64,000 nt of DNA, from the IMG/VR virus record IMGVR_UViG_3300025133_000020. One strand, 5' to 3'. This document shows, one piece after another, positions 36,871 through 46,498 of this stretch. Source of the stretch: a virus (Duplodnaviria; Caudoviricetes). Every line of letters begins with the position of its first letter. The stretch's first letter is position 1. Both the position numbers and the translations under genes were made by a program. Below the pieces are notes generated by a model that saw nothing but the letters and a program-made list of their open reading frames with translations, had not been told where the DNA came from and did not search any database.

Positions 36871-37614
36871 ATGAAAAATAAGAAAAAAATTTTAACATTA
36901 GATGAGAGAGCACGTATGATTACGGAGGCTTTCAGTGAAACGGTTTTAATGATGGAAGGTGATAAAGCTTTTATGACCGAACAAGAACAATTGAATGAAA
37001 TTGATTTCGGTAGGCTGAAGCAAAAGTTATTAGATAAATTACCAGGAATTAAAGGTAATGCTGAACAAATATATGATGGCGTTAAAGCTAAAGTTGGTGA
37101 GCAAATAGGTGTAGCGAAAGAAGAAATAAACAAACCAGAGAATCAAGCCAAAGTTAAGGAAGTTTTAAATGGGTTGGGTGGTATGATGAGTAAAATAAAA
37201 AACGCTGGTAACGAGGTTTTAAGTGACCCTAAAAAATTGCAGGGATTAATTTCAACGCTTAATTTCAGTACCTACGCTGCTCTTATTACTGGAGTAGCTC
37301 AAATGGTTTTTGGTAGTAGTCTTGGTATAGGTGCCATACTTAGTGGTGGTGCAGCAATTGGTGGAATATTCTTCCTTAAGTTAGCCTTAGTATTGTTCAT
37401 TATTAAGACCATATTATCGGTTGTTAAAGGTGTTAGTACTGTTGGTGAAACCTTGAGTAATATTGGTTCATTTATTAAGACCATTCTAACCTTATTCGAC
37501 CCAGCAAAAAATCCTAGAAATCAAGCCCCTAGTGATGGTATGCCAGAAGAAAGTTATGTACACGAATCACTTAACGAATCTTTAGATAGATTGGTTGCGG
37601 TACACGGATACTAA
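36871..37614 (+). CDS. Late membrane-segment protein (start MKNKKKILTLDER)
   Basis: TATTTATA at 36848..36855; Gly-rich hydrophobic segments in the C-terminal half. Confidence 0.65.
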   Translation: MKNKKKILTLDERARMITEAFSETVLMMEGDKAFMTEQEQLNEIDFGRLKQKLLDKLPGIKGNAEQIYDGVKAKVGEQIGVAKEEINKPENQAKVKEVLNGLGGMMSKIKNAGNEVLSDPKKLQGLISTLNFSTYAALITGVAQMVFGSSLGIGAILSGGAAIGGIFFLKLALVLFIIKTILSVVKGVSTVGETLSNIGSFIKTILTLFDPAKNPRNQAPSDGMPEESYVHESLNESLDRLVAVHGY

Positions 37615-37868
37615 TACTCTTTAGCTAGTTTTTTAGCTTCAGTTTCACCCCCAATATGTCTGAAAATAATTGCGTCATAAGTGTCATTATGCTTGTCCAT
37701 TAACATAAAACGGATTCTGTGAGCGTTATATAATGCCTGCAATTCTTTGGTACCCAATTGGGTAACCATGGATGCCATTTTCTTCCCCTGAATCACGTCA
37801 TATAACGCCTGATTATTGCTCTGCGTTTCTAATTCGTAACGCAGGCTATTTGCTATCCTATCGCTCAT
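37611..37868 (-). CDS. Hypothetical protein
   Basis: ORF track, coupled to upstream gene. Confidence 0.55.
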   Translation of the reverse strand: MSDRIANSLRYELETQSNNQALYDVIQGKKMASMVTQLGTKELQALYNAHRIRFMLMDKHNDTYDAIIFRHIGGETEAKKLAKEY

Positions 37869-39283
37869 TGGCTATCTCTCAACTCACTTTGGGATAGAAC
37901 GCTGAAGTATAATACTTCCTTTAATGTGTTCACTTCCAAGTTGGTTGTAGCCTTAATATCGATGAAATATTCAGATGGAATAAGGCTAGCAGTATCTATC
38001 AAGAAGTAGTTATGGTTATTAGCCATTTCCACTGGTTGATAGTCTATTATTGTTAATTCATTTATACCTTCCTTCGCGTATAGGCGATATTGAACATCAT
38101 CCATTTTTTGCTCTTGGTTTACGGTATATGGTATCTTGGTTTGTACGATTACTTTTCGAATATCACCCCTCTTAATAACCTCACCTTTTTGGATTCCACC
38201 AGCTACAATTCCTACCTTCTTAGGTAGCCCAGCGCTGTCACCTACGTTGTACCAATCATCAGCCGATTTAAGGGCGAAATCAAGCGTTATATTAGGTCTG
38301 GAGACACCATTGATGGTTACACCTGACCAAACGTCATTAAACATCACACAATCAACCGCAGTGCTTGTTGTAGGTACATTAATATCGATGCTATAAACAC
38401 CCTTAGTTACCTGAGTTACAGCGCTTTGCGTGTAAGCTGAGTAAACAGCACCGTCTTGGTCTAAGACTTGAACCGTTGGTAAAGAGTCGAGATTAGTGGG
38501 CGTACCGCCCAAGTTAACGTATAGGTATAGCTTGTTAGCTTTGTCAAGGTAGAAATCATGTCTATCATCAGTGATATGGTCGGAATAAATAGTTTCAACA
38601 TATGGTTCATATATGCTCTGAGTGTGTCGTGTGAAGAACCCTACGTATTGATATTCGTAGGTTGGTAATTCTTCGTATTCTCTTTGAAACGCTAAAGCTA
38701 AACCATTATTGGTTGCACCAGTTATTAAATCATTAACGAATGATGTGATATCCATATCAATATTCTCATTCCCCAATGGGAAATTCTGAGTTTGGATGGT
38801 TATACCACTTGTGGCTCCTGTTACCACACCTTCTTCAGCCCACCCACTTAATGTGGTGGCTGAGTACCAGTTTGATGGTACCGCATTATAAGCTGGTTGC
38901 CCAGCAGTATAAGTACAGTCTGAATAATCATACCCGACACCCTCAACCCAATCTTGAGTTATAGGGAATAGGATAAGGTCGAATGAGGATGCTCTGGGTT
39001 TACCAGCACAATTCTTTTGACCTAATAATTCCTTATCCAAACAACCAGTATTAATCATACGTAACGTATGCGTCATCTTAGTTAAATCTGGGTAAGTACC
39101 ACCAGTGTATAGGGTCTGTAATCTTGAAACATCAAAATGGAATAAGTGTCTGGTATACTGTTGGTCATATGTACTTCCAGTACCGCCACCATAGTACAAT
39201 TCACTCACAGGATTTAGCCCAGTATTAGTGTAGCTATCCAGTATGATTGTGTTGTTTCTATCGAAGTAAGTTCTAACTACCAT
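37865..39283 (-). CDS. Virion structural protein (beta-rich, DNRLRE-like N-terminal region)
   Basis: NTGLNPVSELYYG, RHLFHFD, FFTRHT..YEPYVE, NKLYLYVN motifs; late motif upstream. Confidence 0.65.
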   Translation of the reverse strand: MVVRTYFDRNNTIILDSYTNTGLNPVSELYYGGGTGSTYDQQYTRHLFHFDVSRLQTLYTGGTYPDLTKMTHTLRMINTGCLDKELLGQKNCAGKPRASSFDLILFPITQDWVEGVGYDYSDCTYTAGQPAYNAVPSNWYSATTLSGWAEEGVVTGATSGITIQTQNFPLGNENIDMDITSFVNDLITGATNNGLALAFQREYEELPTYEYQYVGFFTRHTQSIYEPYVETIYSDHITDDRHDFYLDKANKLYLYVNLGGTPTNLDSLPTVQVLDQDGAVYSAYTQSAVTQVTKGVYSIDINVPTTSTAVDCVMFNDVWSGVTINGVSRPNITLDFALKSADDWYNVGDSAGLPKKVGIVAGGIQKGEVIKRGDIRKVIVQTKIPYTVNQEQKMDDVQYRLYAKEGINELTIIDYQPVEMANNHNYFLIDTASLIPSEYFIDIKATTNLEVNTLKEVLYFSVLSQSELRDSQ

Positions 39284-39316
39284 TTTGCTTTATAAGTAAA
39301 TATAAGGTCAAATCGA

Positions 39317-40300
39317 TTAATTCGTCTTAACATTTTTGGAAAGCATGGTCTCCACAGGATACTCCAAATACTCTTTGATGAAGTTCTCACCTCGAATGGC
39401 AGTAGGTTTAAGACCTGGAAATCTATGAACATGATTCATGAACGCCATTTCCAACTTTTTAAGATACTCTAATAATGTATCACCAAACACTAATGGATGG
39501 GCTTCTTCTAGAATCTTTATTAACTCTTCCTCAGCTATATAACCATCTTGGTCGGTTATTGTAAATCTAGGTGAACCTTCTTTGTGGGTTAATAGATTAA
39601 TTTTATTGGCGACAACGTTAGCCACACTACCATATTCTGGAGGTGTTCCTCTGTTCTCAGACTCTTTAATTTTTGCGTTAAACTTAAGTTGAACATACGC
39701 TGGATTAGTCTTATTGAATATCAGGTTATTGTCTAATACGTGTTGACCCGCACGTAAGAAAACTTCATTCTCTTTTAGTATAAGGTCAGCGTTATCCCTA
39801 CCTTGTAAAGCAATGTCGACTAAATCTGGAAATACCCCCTGCGCATCCACCAACGTATCAATATTTACGTTAGCTGTTACTGGCGATACACTTAACCCCG
39901 CTAACCCAGTTTCACTAATACTATCTTTTTTAAGTTTCAGTGGGCTAGAAATGATAGGACCCATATAGAATCTATCAGCGTATTTAGTCCCATTATCAAA
40001 CGTGAAAATGAACACCGCCTCACCAACCTTTGGTACCACATTAAGGTGACTGGGCATTAACGGAAAACAGTTTGTTAAGTCACTTTCTTGTACATCTTTA
40101 TCCCAATTAGCTCCAGGAACATTACAACGAATAATCGTGGGGTCAGCATTAAACCTCTCATCACTTTTACGCTTAATATTGTCATCAACATTAGGGGTTA
40201 CGGTACCAACTACTTTAACGACACCTATTTGTATACCCATGTCATTGAATTGCTTATTGAATTCGCTTGACTTACCATATGAAAACTTACCGTTATCCAT
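39317..40300 (-). CDS. Baseplate hub/spike protein (gp5-like)
   Basis: OB-fold-like CFPLMP...PKVGEAVFIF, LQGRDNADLIL, C-terminal VFGDTL...NHVH. Confidence 0.6.
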   Translation of the reverse strand: MDNGKFSYGKSSEFNKQFNDMGIQIGVVKVVGTVTPNVDDNIKRKSDERFNADPTIIRCNVPGANWDKDVQESDLTNCFPLMPSHLNVVPKVGEAVFIFTFDNGTKYADRFYMGPIISSPLKLKKDSISETGLAGLSVSPVTANVNIDTLVDAQGVFPDLVDIALQGRDNADLILKENEVFLRAGQHVLDNNLIFNKTNPAYVQLKFNAKIKESENRGTPPEYGSVANVVANKINLLTHKEGSPRFTITDQDGYIAEEELIKILEEAHPLVFGDTLLEYLKKLEMAFMNHVHRFPGLKPTAIRGENFIKEYLEYPVETMLSKNVKTN

Positions 40301-40457
40301 TTCTACTTGTTAATATTCGTTTGATTTTACCGTAACGAGCAGCAAGCTCATCCAGTTTATCACATTCCTTAAGCATCTTATCTTTAAGTGCTTGATATTC
40401 GTTCTCCAAAGACATTTGTTCCATCTTCAGGTCGTTTGTTGGTTTATCTTCTAACAT
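40293..40457 (-). CDS. Small coiled-coil protein (54 aa, not in ORF track)
   Basis: MLEDKPTNDLKMEQMSLENEYQALKDKMLKECDKLDELAARYGKIKRILTSRNG; coupled on both sides. Confidence 0.6.
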   Translation of the reverse strand: MLEDKPTNDLKMEQMSLENEYQALKDKMLKECDKLDELAARYGKIKRILTSRNG

Positions 40458-40462
40458 ATCTA

Positions 40463-40918
40463 TTATTGTGCTACTCCAGCGCTACTTACCATAACTGGGT
40501 TTGTTCCAACGCTGGTGACGGGCCACCCTGCATACCCAACACCGTTGGTTTGAACCAGAATACTTCCAGGGTCAATCACATTTGAAATCTTCATTTCCGT
40601 CTGTATTGCGTTAACAACTTCTTCCATTCTTATTACTTCCAATGCAGTCATAACATTATCACCACCTTGGAATATTTCACCCCCGACAGCATCTGCCTCA
40701 GAGAATCTTGATATAACTCTTGCGGATATATCTCGTGCTGAAAGTCCAGGACGCATCTTACTACCAATCATGATTAATGGTGGTGGTAATGTTACTGCTG
40801 GTGCTTTCATCATTGAGAATACACTTAATAAAATCTTAAGTATATTACTCATCGAACTGAATTTACCCTTACTTTTAGGGACTCCAATTTTTTGTGTACT
40901 TCTACATTCTTGTGCCAT
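40463..40918 (-). CDS. Putative virion protein
   Basis: RPGLSA..I..RVI, EEVVNAIQTE motifs; structural context. Confidence 0.6.
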   Translation of the reverse strand: MAQECRSTQKIGVPKSKGKFSSMSNILKILLSVFSMMKAPAVTLPPPLIMIGSKMRPGLSARDISARVISRFSEADAVGGEIFQGGDNVMTALEVIRMEEVVNAIQTEMKISNVIDPGSILVQTNGVGYAGWPVTSVGTNPVMVSSAGVAQ

Positions 40919-40924
40919 GGTTAT

Positions 40925-42361
40925 TTATATTTGACTATTTTCTCTTATCATTCGTATAACGTCTTGTGGAACACCCACAAGACTTAATATCATTGCTAAT
41001 TGCGATGAAGCTAATTCTTTCGCCATCTCTACAGCGTTGGCTGCGACTAATCTCATAATGTATTTAAGTACCTTATCCAATAGGGCTTTTATAATTAGGT
41101 CACGAATACGTTTTACTAAATTCTCCAGTAGGGTTTTATTCTTACTTAAGAAATCTACTGGGTCTAAGTAGTCATTGTTTTGACCATATACTACCATGTA
41201 GTTGATTAAAAACACTACTATAACTTTAGGGCTTAGAATTGAACTTACGATTGACTTAATTATTTTACCAAACATTAGACCAATGAAGCTAAGTTCAACT
41301 GAGTATTCATCCACAGGGTCACTAGCCCCTTGGTTAGCTGTTTCCAGTGCCATACTATTAATACTGGTACTTATTATCTCACGCTTATCAATCATGGATG
41401 GTGGTGGTATAACCGTTAACTCTTCTTTCATATCGGTAAGGTATTCGATAGGCATACTAACGTCCACGTCACCACATGTTTTAAGCTGTCTAACACCCTT
41501 TCTCCTGTTGGTTGCCGCTTCCTTTATGTTTTGTATTTGAGGGTTTGAGAATTCGAAAAATGAATTATCTATTACACTATCCTCATCAGCGTTTATTATA
41601 CAGCTTATGATGGAATCCAATTTACCTTCCATCTCTAATTCTGATTCTGATTTATTAACGTTTCCTTGAACCGCTATGGTACCGAATAAACTATCAATGA
41701 TATTAACTATCAGGTCTTCAGAAGCGAATAAACTAAGACTATCAACAAACTTGTTATTAAGGTCGGTAAGGTTACCTATATTGGGGTCTGGTCTGAATAC
41801 GATTGAGTTAGGTTCGGTCAACGCATTCTGACTAAAGGTGGCATCTAATAAGTTTTCACCAGTGTTCGGGTCAGACCATGTATGGGTAACCGTTTCATCC
41901 TGTATCGTATAGTATAGGTACGTGTTATAATCCGTAGATGTAAATGTAGATGGTATATCGTTGAACATCAGACCACCAGCTTGTGTAACTGGGTTTATTT
42001 TCATGATACTCAGGAAATCTATTTTCTTAACAGGTATCTCAATTCCGTTAGTAGTAAACCATGTTGGTAGACTTGGGTCAACCCCACAGGCTACAAGACT
42101 CTTTAATTCCACTTTTAAGGCGTCCTTAACGACTATCTCGGCTTCTGAGGTGGCATACACCAGAATATCGACCAAAGTGTCTCTAACCTCTTCGTAGCCC
42201 ACTAATGATTTAAGTAGGTCAACAAGGAAGTCCTGTACGTTACCATCGTTATTAATCGATGGTATCGAATTGTTTAGTTTTAGTTCTGGAAAATCATTGG
42301 TGAGTGTTCGTAATGCGCCAATACCTCCAAAAACCTTTTCTTTTTGGTCTACTATTGCCAT
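40925..42361 (-). CDS. Putative virion/baseplate-region protein
   Basis: 478 aa ORF in a late operon. Confidence 0.6.
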   Translation of the reverse strand: MAIVDQKEKVFGGIGALRTLTNDFPELKLNNSIPSINNDGNVQDFLVDLLKSLVGYEEVRDTLVDILVYATSEAEIVVKDALKVELKSLVACGVDPSLPTWFTTNGIEIPVKKIDFLSIMKINPVTQAGGLMFNDIPSTFTSTDYNTYLYYTIQDETVTHTWSDPNTGENLLDATFSQNALTEPNSIVFRPDPNIGNLTDLNNKFVDSLSLFASEDLIVNIIDSLFGTIAVQGNVNKSESELEMEGKLDSIISCIINADEDSVIDNSFFEFSNPQIQNIKEAATNRRKGVRQLKTCGDVDVSMPIEYLTDMKEELTVIPPPSMIDKREIISTSINSMALETANQGASDPVDEYSVELSFIGLMFGKIIKSIVSSILSPKVIVVFLINYMVVYGQNNDYLDPVDFLSKNKTLLENLVKRIRDLIIKALLDKVLKYIMRLVAANAVEMAKELASSQLAMILSLVGVPQDVIRMIRENSQI

Positions 42362-42756
42362 TAGTCCTCAGTATCCGCTTCTTTATCTTCAGCCTTAGCT
42401 TTCTCCATAATCATTTCTCGAATACTTGAGAGAGCTTCATTACTTACTTTACTGTCAGCAGGGTCATTCAACTCCGCTTTAAGGTCACCAGCATGTTTAA
42501 GGCTATCGTTTTGTAGTTTAGCCACTTCCATTTTAACCTTAACATTATCCGTCTTGGTTTTAAGGAAATCTATTTTAGCTTTAGCTACCTTAGCGTGGTC
42601 GTCCACATCTTCTGGTTCTGCCGCAGTTGTGATATTATTAATACCTTCTTGGGCTGACTTGATGTTACCACAGGCTTCGTTGTATACTTCTTGGAGAACC
42701 CCTTCAAGGCTCAATAGGTTGTTTACTTTAACTACTTGTTTTTTTCTTCTTGGCAA
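42361..42756 (-). CDS. Coiled-coil hypothetical protein (probable TTG start MPRRKKQ)
   Basis: ORF track 42361..42798; late motif TATTTATT 42787..42794. Confidence 0.6.
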   Translation of the reverse strand: MPRRKKQVVKVNNLLSLEGVLQEVYNEACGNIKSAQEGINNITTAAEPEDVDDHAKVAKAKIDFLKTKTDNVKVKMEVAKLQNDSLKHAGDLKAELNDPADSKVSNEALSSIREMIMEKAKAEDKEADTED

Positions 42757-42812
42757 AATTTCTAAGTTTTTAGTTTGTGTTATACTAATAAATATCAAAG
42801 AAATTACAATTT

Positions 42813-43556
42813 TTAGTATATCCCTTCGTCTAAGCCCTTTATTTTCAGTATATCGTATAACCCCTTGAAGCGTTTCATCGCCAGTCTAATATCTTTAGTT
42901 GTTAGACCAGTATGGTTTCTCATGGTCTCAAGGATTGCTATTTTATTGTATTTACTACCCGTACTCACATGGGAGAGAACTTCTTCCCAGTTATCCAAGA
43001 TATCAATCAATGCGTGACCGACCAGACGTTCATTCTCATTTAGTTTCTTCTTCCCAGTATTCTCACCCTCTTCCAATTCAACTTTAATCTCCTGTATCAG
43101 TTTCACCATGAATTTATCCACGGTGAAATCGTCATGGTTCTTAATCTCGTACTGGTAATCATCTTGGGTCTCCAGATATGAACTCACATCATCAAACGAT
43201 GCGTATTTCTTCATATTCTTATCTTCATTCTGGACTTGCCCCAGAACATACCGTTTTATAATCGTACCATAATAAGAATAAGCTTTTTTGTTTCTACCAC
43301 CGTCAAATTTATCTGCCTTCATCATTACGTCTCCCAGCGCATCCATGTGCTGTTGTTCGAATGTTAGACCTTTCCGATAGAGCTTGTACGTTTTAATGAT
43401 GTATTCCACCATTTTGTTCAGAGGCTCTCTGAGATGTGCGTTGTAAATACGAGTCCGTTCCATTTGGTCATCGCATGCAACATATAGTTTAACAGCTTCT
43501 TCTTGTTCAGGTCCGAAATAAGGGTCTTTTTTCCTTTTCCGTCCTCTCTTAGCCAT
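42813..43556 (-). CDS. Late sigma factor (T4 gp55-like)
   Basis: Region-2-like KADKFDGGRNKKAYSYYGTIIKRYVLGQVQNEDK parallels gp55-family FDxxK...AYFTQI...KEK. Confidence 0.6.
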   Translation of the reverse strand: MAKRGRKRKKDPYFGPEQEEAVKLYVACDDQMERTRIYNAHLREPLNKMVEYIIKTYKLYRKGLTFEQQHMDALGDVMMKADKFDGGRNKKAYSYYGTIIKRYVLGQVQNEDKNMKKYASFDDVSSYLETQDDYQYEIKNHDDFTVDKFMVKLIQEIKVELEEGENTGKKKLNENERLVGHALIDILDNWEEVLSHVSTGSKYNKIAILETMRNHTGLTTKDIRLAMKRFKGLYDILKIKGLDEGIY

Positions 43557-44380
43557 TAGTCAGTTGTTTTCTCGTATGTTATCTTTCTATCTTCACTCCA
43601 GAAATATTCTTTCTTAGCTTTCTGCATCCACCAACGCGATTCAACATCATCCATCTCTTTCCTATAGGTATGGAATAACGAACCTTCTCTTAGGTTAACA
43701 TGTTTGTATCCGATTCTTGGTATAACCATCGTCTTAATACCACTGTGAGTCATCCTTAATAGGAACTCATAAATGAAGGTCAATTTGATTGAAGGTTTGA
43801 AGCCACCAAAATCATCGACCACCTCTTTCTTCATCACAATACCATCAGTATTAAAGTTCTGATACCTTAGTAAAGCGTCCGTGTCTAAGATACCCATCTC
43901 ATCAGAGAATTGGTTAGCCCACACAGCTTCGTTGGTACCACCGATATAGTTCATCTTAGTCTTGTCCTTCACATCTATGGCAACATCTGCAATCATAGGC
44001 ATAAAGATACCCACCTCTGGATAAGCCTCAATATACGTTATCGCATTCTTGAACCAGATATTGGCGTATTCATCATCGTATTCCAAGATTGAGAACCATT
44101 CCGTTTCAACCGCTTCAATTCCGAAGTTAACTTGAGTACAGAAATCAGTTTCACCATCATTCTCTAATACCGTAACTGGAAAATCCTTTGTGAATTTCTT
44201 CTTCTTAAGTTCTTTAGCTACATCACTACCCTTTGGTGTTACAATTAGTACCGCATCAGGTTGAGTTTGTTGTCTCACAATACTCTCAAACGCTACATCG
44301 AACATTTCCCTTGTCTCATCAGTCAATTCATGTACTGGTAAGACAACTGTAATATTACTCTTTGTTTTCTCTTTACTCAT
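43556..44380 (-). CDS. GT-A (GT2-like) glycosyltransferase
   Basis: ITVVLPVH, NDGETDFCTQVNFG, EWFSILEYDDEY. Confidence 0.8.
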   Translation of the reverse strand: MSKEKTKSNITVVLPVHELTDETREMFDVAFESIVRQQTQPDAVLIVTPKGSDVAKELKKKKFTKDFPVTVLENDGETDFCTQVNFGIEAVETEWFSILEYDDEYANIWFKNAITYIEAYPEVGIFMPMIADVAIDVKDKTKMNYIGGTNEAVWANQFSDEMGILDTDALLRYQNFNTDGIVMKKEVVDDFGGFKPSIKLTFIYEFLLRMTHSGIKTMVIPRIGYKHVNLREGSLFHTYRKEMDDVESRWWMQKAKKEYFWSEDRKITYEKTTD

Positions 44381-44391
44381 TTTATTCGTTT

Positions 44392-45549
44392 TTAGTCATT
44401 AGCGGCTTGAGTAGCAGCTTTCTTATTATTTTCTTGTAGAGTAGAAATCTCCCCAATTCTATTCTCCACTAACTTACCATAAACCTCTTCAATCTTAAGT
44501 CTCTGAGCTTCAGGAGTATACACACCTTTACTGGTTTCCATATTTTCCAATATTTCAGAAGGTACGTTATCTTCTAACCACAACTTCAAATACGTTGCAA
44601 TCATCTCTGGCATCGCATGTTGCGTGTTAGTCCAAACACCGTTGTTCTTAATGGTTGGGTTGTTATCAGCATCTCTAGTTTCCATCCACTCTGGGATGAA
44701 TTCTGGCATCTTACCGATTACTGGTGTATCAGATTCGAACGCTTCCAATGGGAAGGTACCGAACCCAGCAGTATCATCAATCCATACCGCTAAACAAGAT
44801 GTACCTAACTCTTCAGCAAACGCTTTACGAGATAAACCTCTCATTTCTCGGAAGGTCACCCACTTATAAATTGGGTATTGCAGATAGAAAGCTTTGGCAA
44901 TCTTAGCCGCTTGTCCGTTATCCCTACATAAGATACTAACCATAGGCTTCTTAGGCTTATCGCTAGGCTTGAAGTATTCTGGAATACTCACAGGTACTAC
45001 CATCGTATTAAGTGATGGGAATAATGATTTAAGGTATTCACCTTGTCTAGCACTTGTAGTGATAGCATCGTTGAATCCAAACTCACTGTTCCACCTTTTA
45101 CCTAATGGTAACAATTCCAATAGGTATGATGGGCTTTGACTGAATACCACCTTCTTACATGGGAATGCTTTTACTTGTTCCATGATGTTGGCAAAAATCT
45201 CTGGGATAAGGATAAAGTCACTTGGCTTAATCTGTAGTTTTTGATTCTGGATTGAGATGTGGCTTAGTTCGCCATACTCTTCACCTAACCAATCAACCAG
45301 ACCCATAGACCCGTCTTCCCCACGTCTTAGTTTATAATCATCATGCTCGTGGATGATGTGAGCTTTATAGCCCAGTTCATTCAACACTTTAACGTGTTCG
45401 TAAATGTTAGCCACACCAGCAGTTGGGTTACCTTTGGTGTCTAGCGTAAAGAAGTAAAAATTACTTTCTTTGTTCTTAAGGTCCTTTAGAATGTCATCTA
45501 ATGATTGCCCTTGTGCGAATTCTTCTTTTGGTTGTTCTTGATTTTCCAT
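44392..45549 (-). CDS. GT-B (GT4-like) glycosyltransferase
   Basis: TAGVANIYEHVKVLNELG, AGFGTFPLEAFESDTPVIG. Confidence 0.8.
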   Translation of the reverse strand: MENQEQPKEEFAQGQSLDDILKDLKNKESNFYFFTLDTKGNPTAGVANIYEHVKVLNELGYKAHIIHEHDDYKLRRGEDGSMGLVDWLGEEYGELSHISIQNQKLQIKPSDFILIPEIFANIMEQVKAFPCKKVVFSQSPSYLLELLPLGKRWNSEFGFNDAITTSARQGEYLKSLFPSLNTMVVPVSIPEYFKPSDKPKKPMVSILCRDNGQAAKIAKAFYLQYPIYKWVTFREMRGLSRKAFAEELGTSCLAVWIDDTAGFGTFPLEAFESDTPVIGKMPEFIPEWMETRDADNNPTIKNNGVWTNTQHAMPEMIATYLKLWLEDNVPSEILENMETSKGVYTPEAQRLKIEEVYGKLVENRIGEISTLQENNKKAATQAAND

Positions 45550-45551
45550 AT

Positions 45552-45872
45552 TTAATCTTCAATATATTTAATTATTCCTAAGTCTTCCAATGTCTCGAAA
45601 GCCAATTTATAGCCGAAATACGTATCATCTAACATAGTTTCTACGTTATTAGCGACCTTTGCCTCAGACAATAATAAGATGTCCAATAACTTGTTAATCA
45701 TTTCGTATTTGGTTCCGTCCAGTGTTGCTGCCCGTTCAAATTCTCTGGTTACCACAACCGTATTTTTATCGTCAGTGGTGGTAGTCTCAGTCTCCGTTAG
45801 TTTACCTTCAATTGGTGGTATCGTTACCAAGGCGTTAACCTTATCAAAATCTACTATGTATCTATATTTCAT
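45552..45872 (-). CDS. Hypothetical protein
   Basis: YKLAFETLEDLGII C-terminal motif. Confidence 0.6.
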   Translation of the reverse strand: MKYRYIVDFDKVNALVTIPPIEGKLTETETTTTDDKNTVVVTREFERAATLDGTKYEMINKLLDILLLSEAKVANNVETMLDDTYFGYKLAFETLEDLGIIKYIED

Positions 45873-46462
45873 ATTTCTACGCTATTAAAAATTTTGTCGT
45901 GAACATCAGTAGTTTCAATAAAATCCATTAATGTTGGATAGGCAAAATCCGCTACCGTGTCATGATTATATGATGCGTCAATTTTAACGCTAACCTTACC
46001 TTCTGGCTTTGAGTTCATGGCTATTGGGTTTGCCGTTACCAGCACGTCCACATAATCCCACATATCTTCATACTCGTTGACGAATTTGATTTCAGGTATC
46101 TCGCATTCCAGTTTGGACAAAAAGAAAAGGGTCGCTGGTATCGCTCTACCCACAGCCCTACTAATTATCATAACCTCAACACCTTCCTCTTCGTCAACCA
46201 TATCCATATTGAATATGTTTAGCGTACTCATAATGTTATCGTGTAAATGGTCTGGATGACCAAACAGTTCTAATGATGATTCCTCATAGAACATTTGATA
46301 CATTTCCTGTTTCGAGTCAAACTCGAAATATCTTACCAAATCGAATTCTGTGACCGTACTAAATGAAATGTCGTGGGTTCTCCCTCTATACTTATCTAAC
46401 GTATAGGTCAGGTGACCCATGAAGTCTCTTATTACTTCGTCTAGTGTTATTCCTATCTTCAT
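45869..46462 (-). CDS. HAD-family 5'(3')-deoxyribonucleotidase-like protein
   Basis: IGITLDEVIRDF motif I variant, DVLVTANP, DASYN. Confidence 0.65.
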   Translation of the reverse strand: MKIGITLDEVIRDFMGHLTYTLDKYRGRTHDISFSTVTEFDLVRYFEFDSKQEMYQMFYEESSLELFGHPDHLHDNIMSTLNIFNMDMVDEEEGVEVMIISRAVGRAIPATLFFLSKLECEIPEIKFVNEYEDMWDYVDVLVTANPIAMNSKPEGKVSVKIDASYNHDTVADFAYPTLMDFIETTDVHDKIFNSVEI

Positions 46463-46498
46463 ATAACAAGAATAGGTAGGAAAACACCTAAAGTAAAG

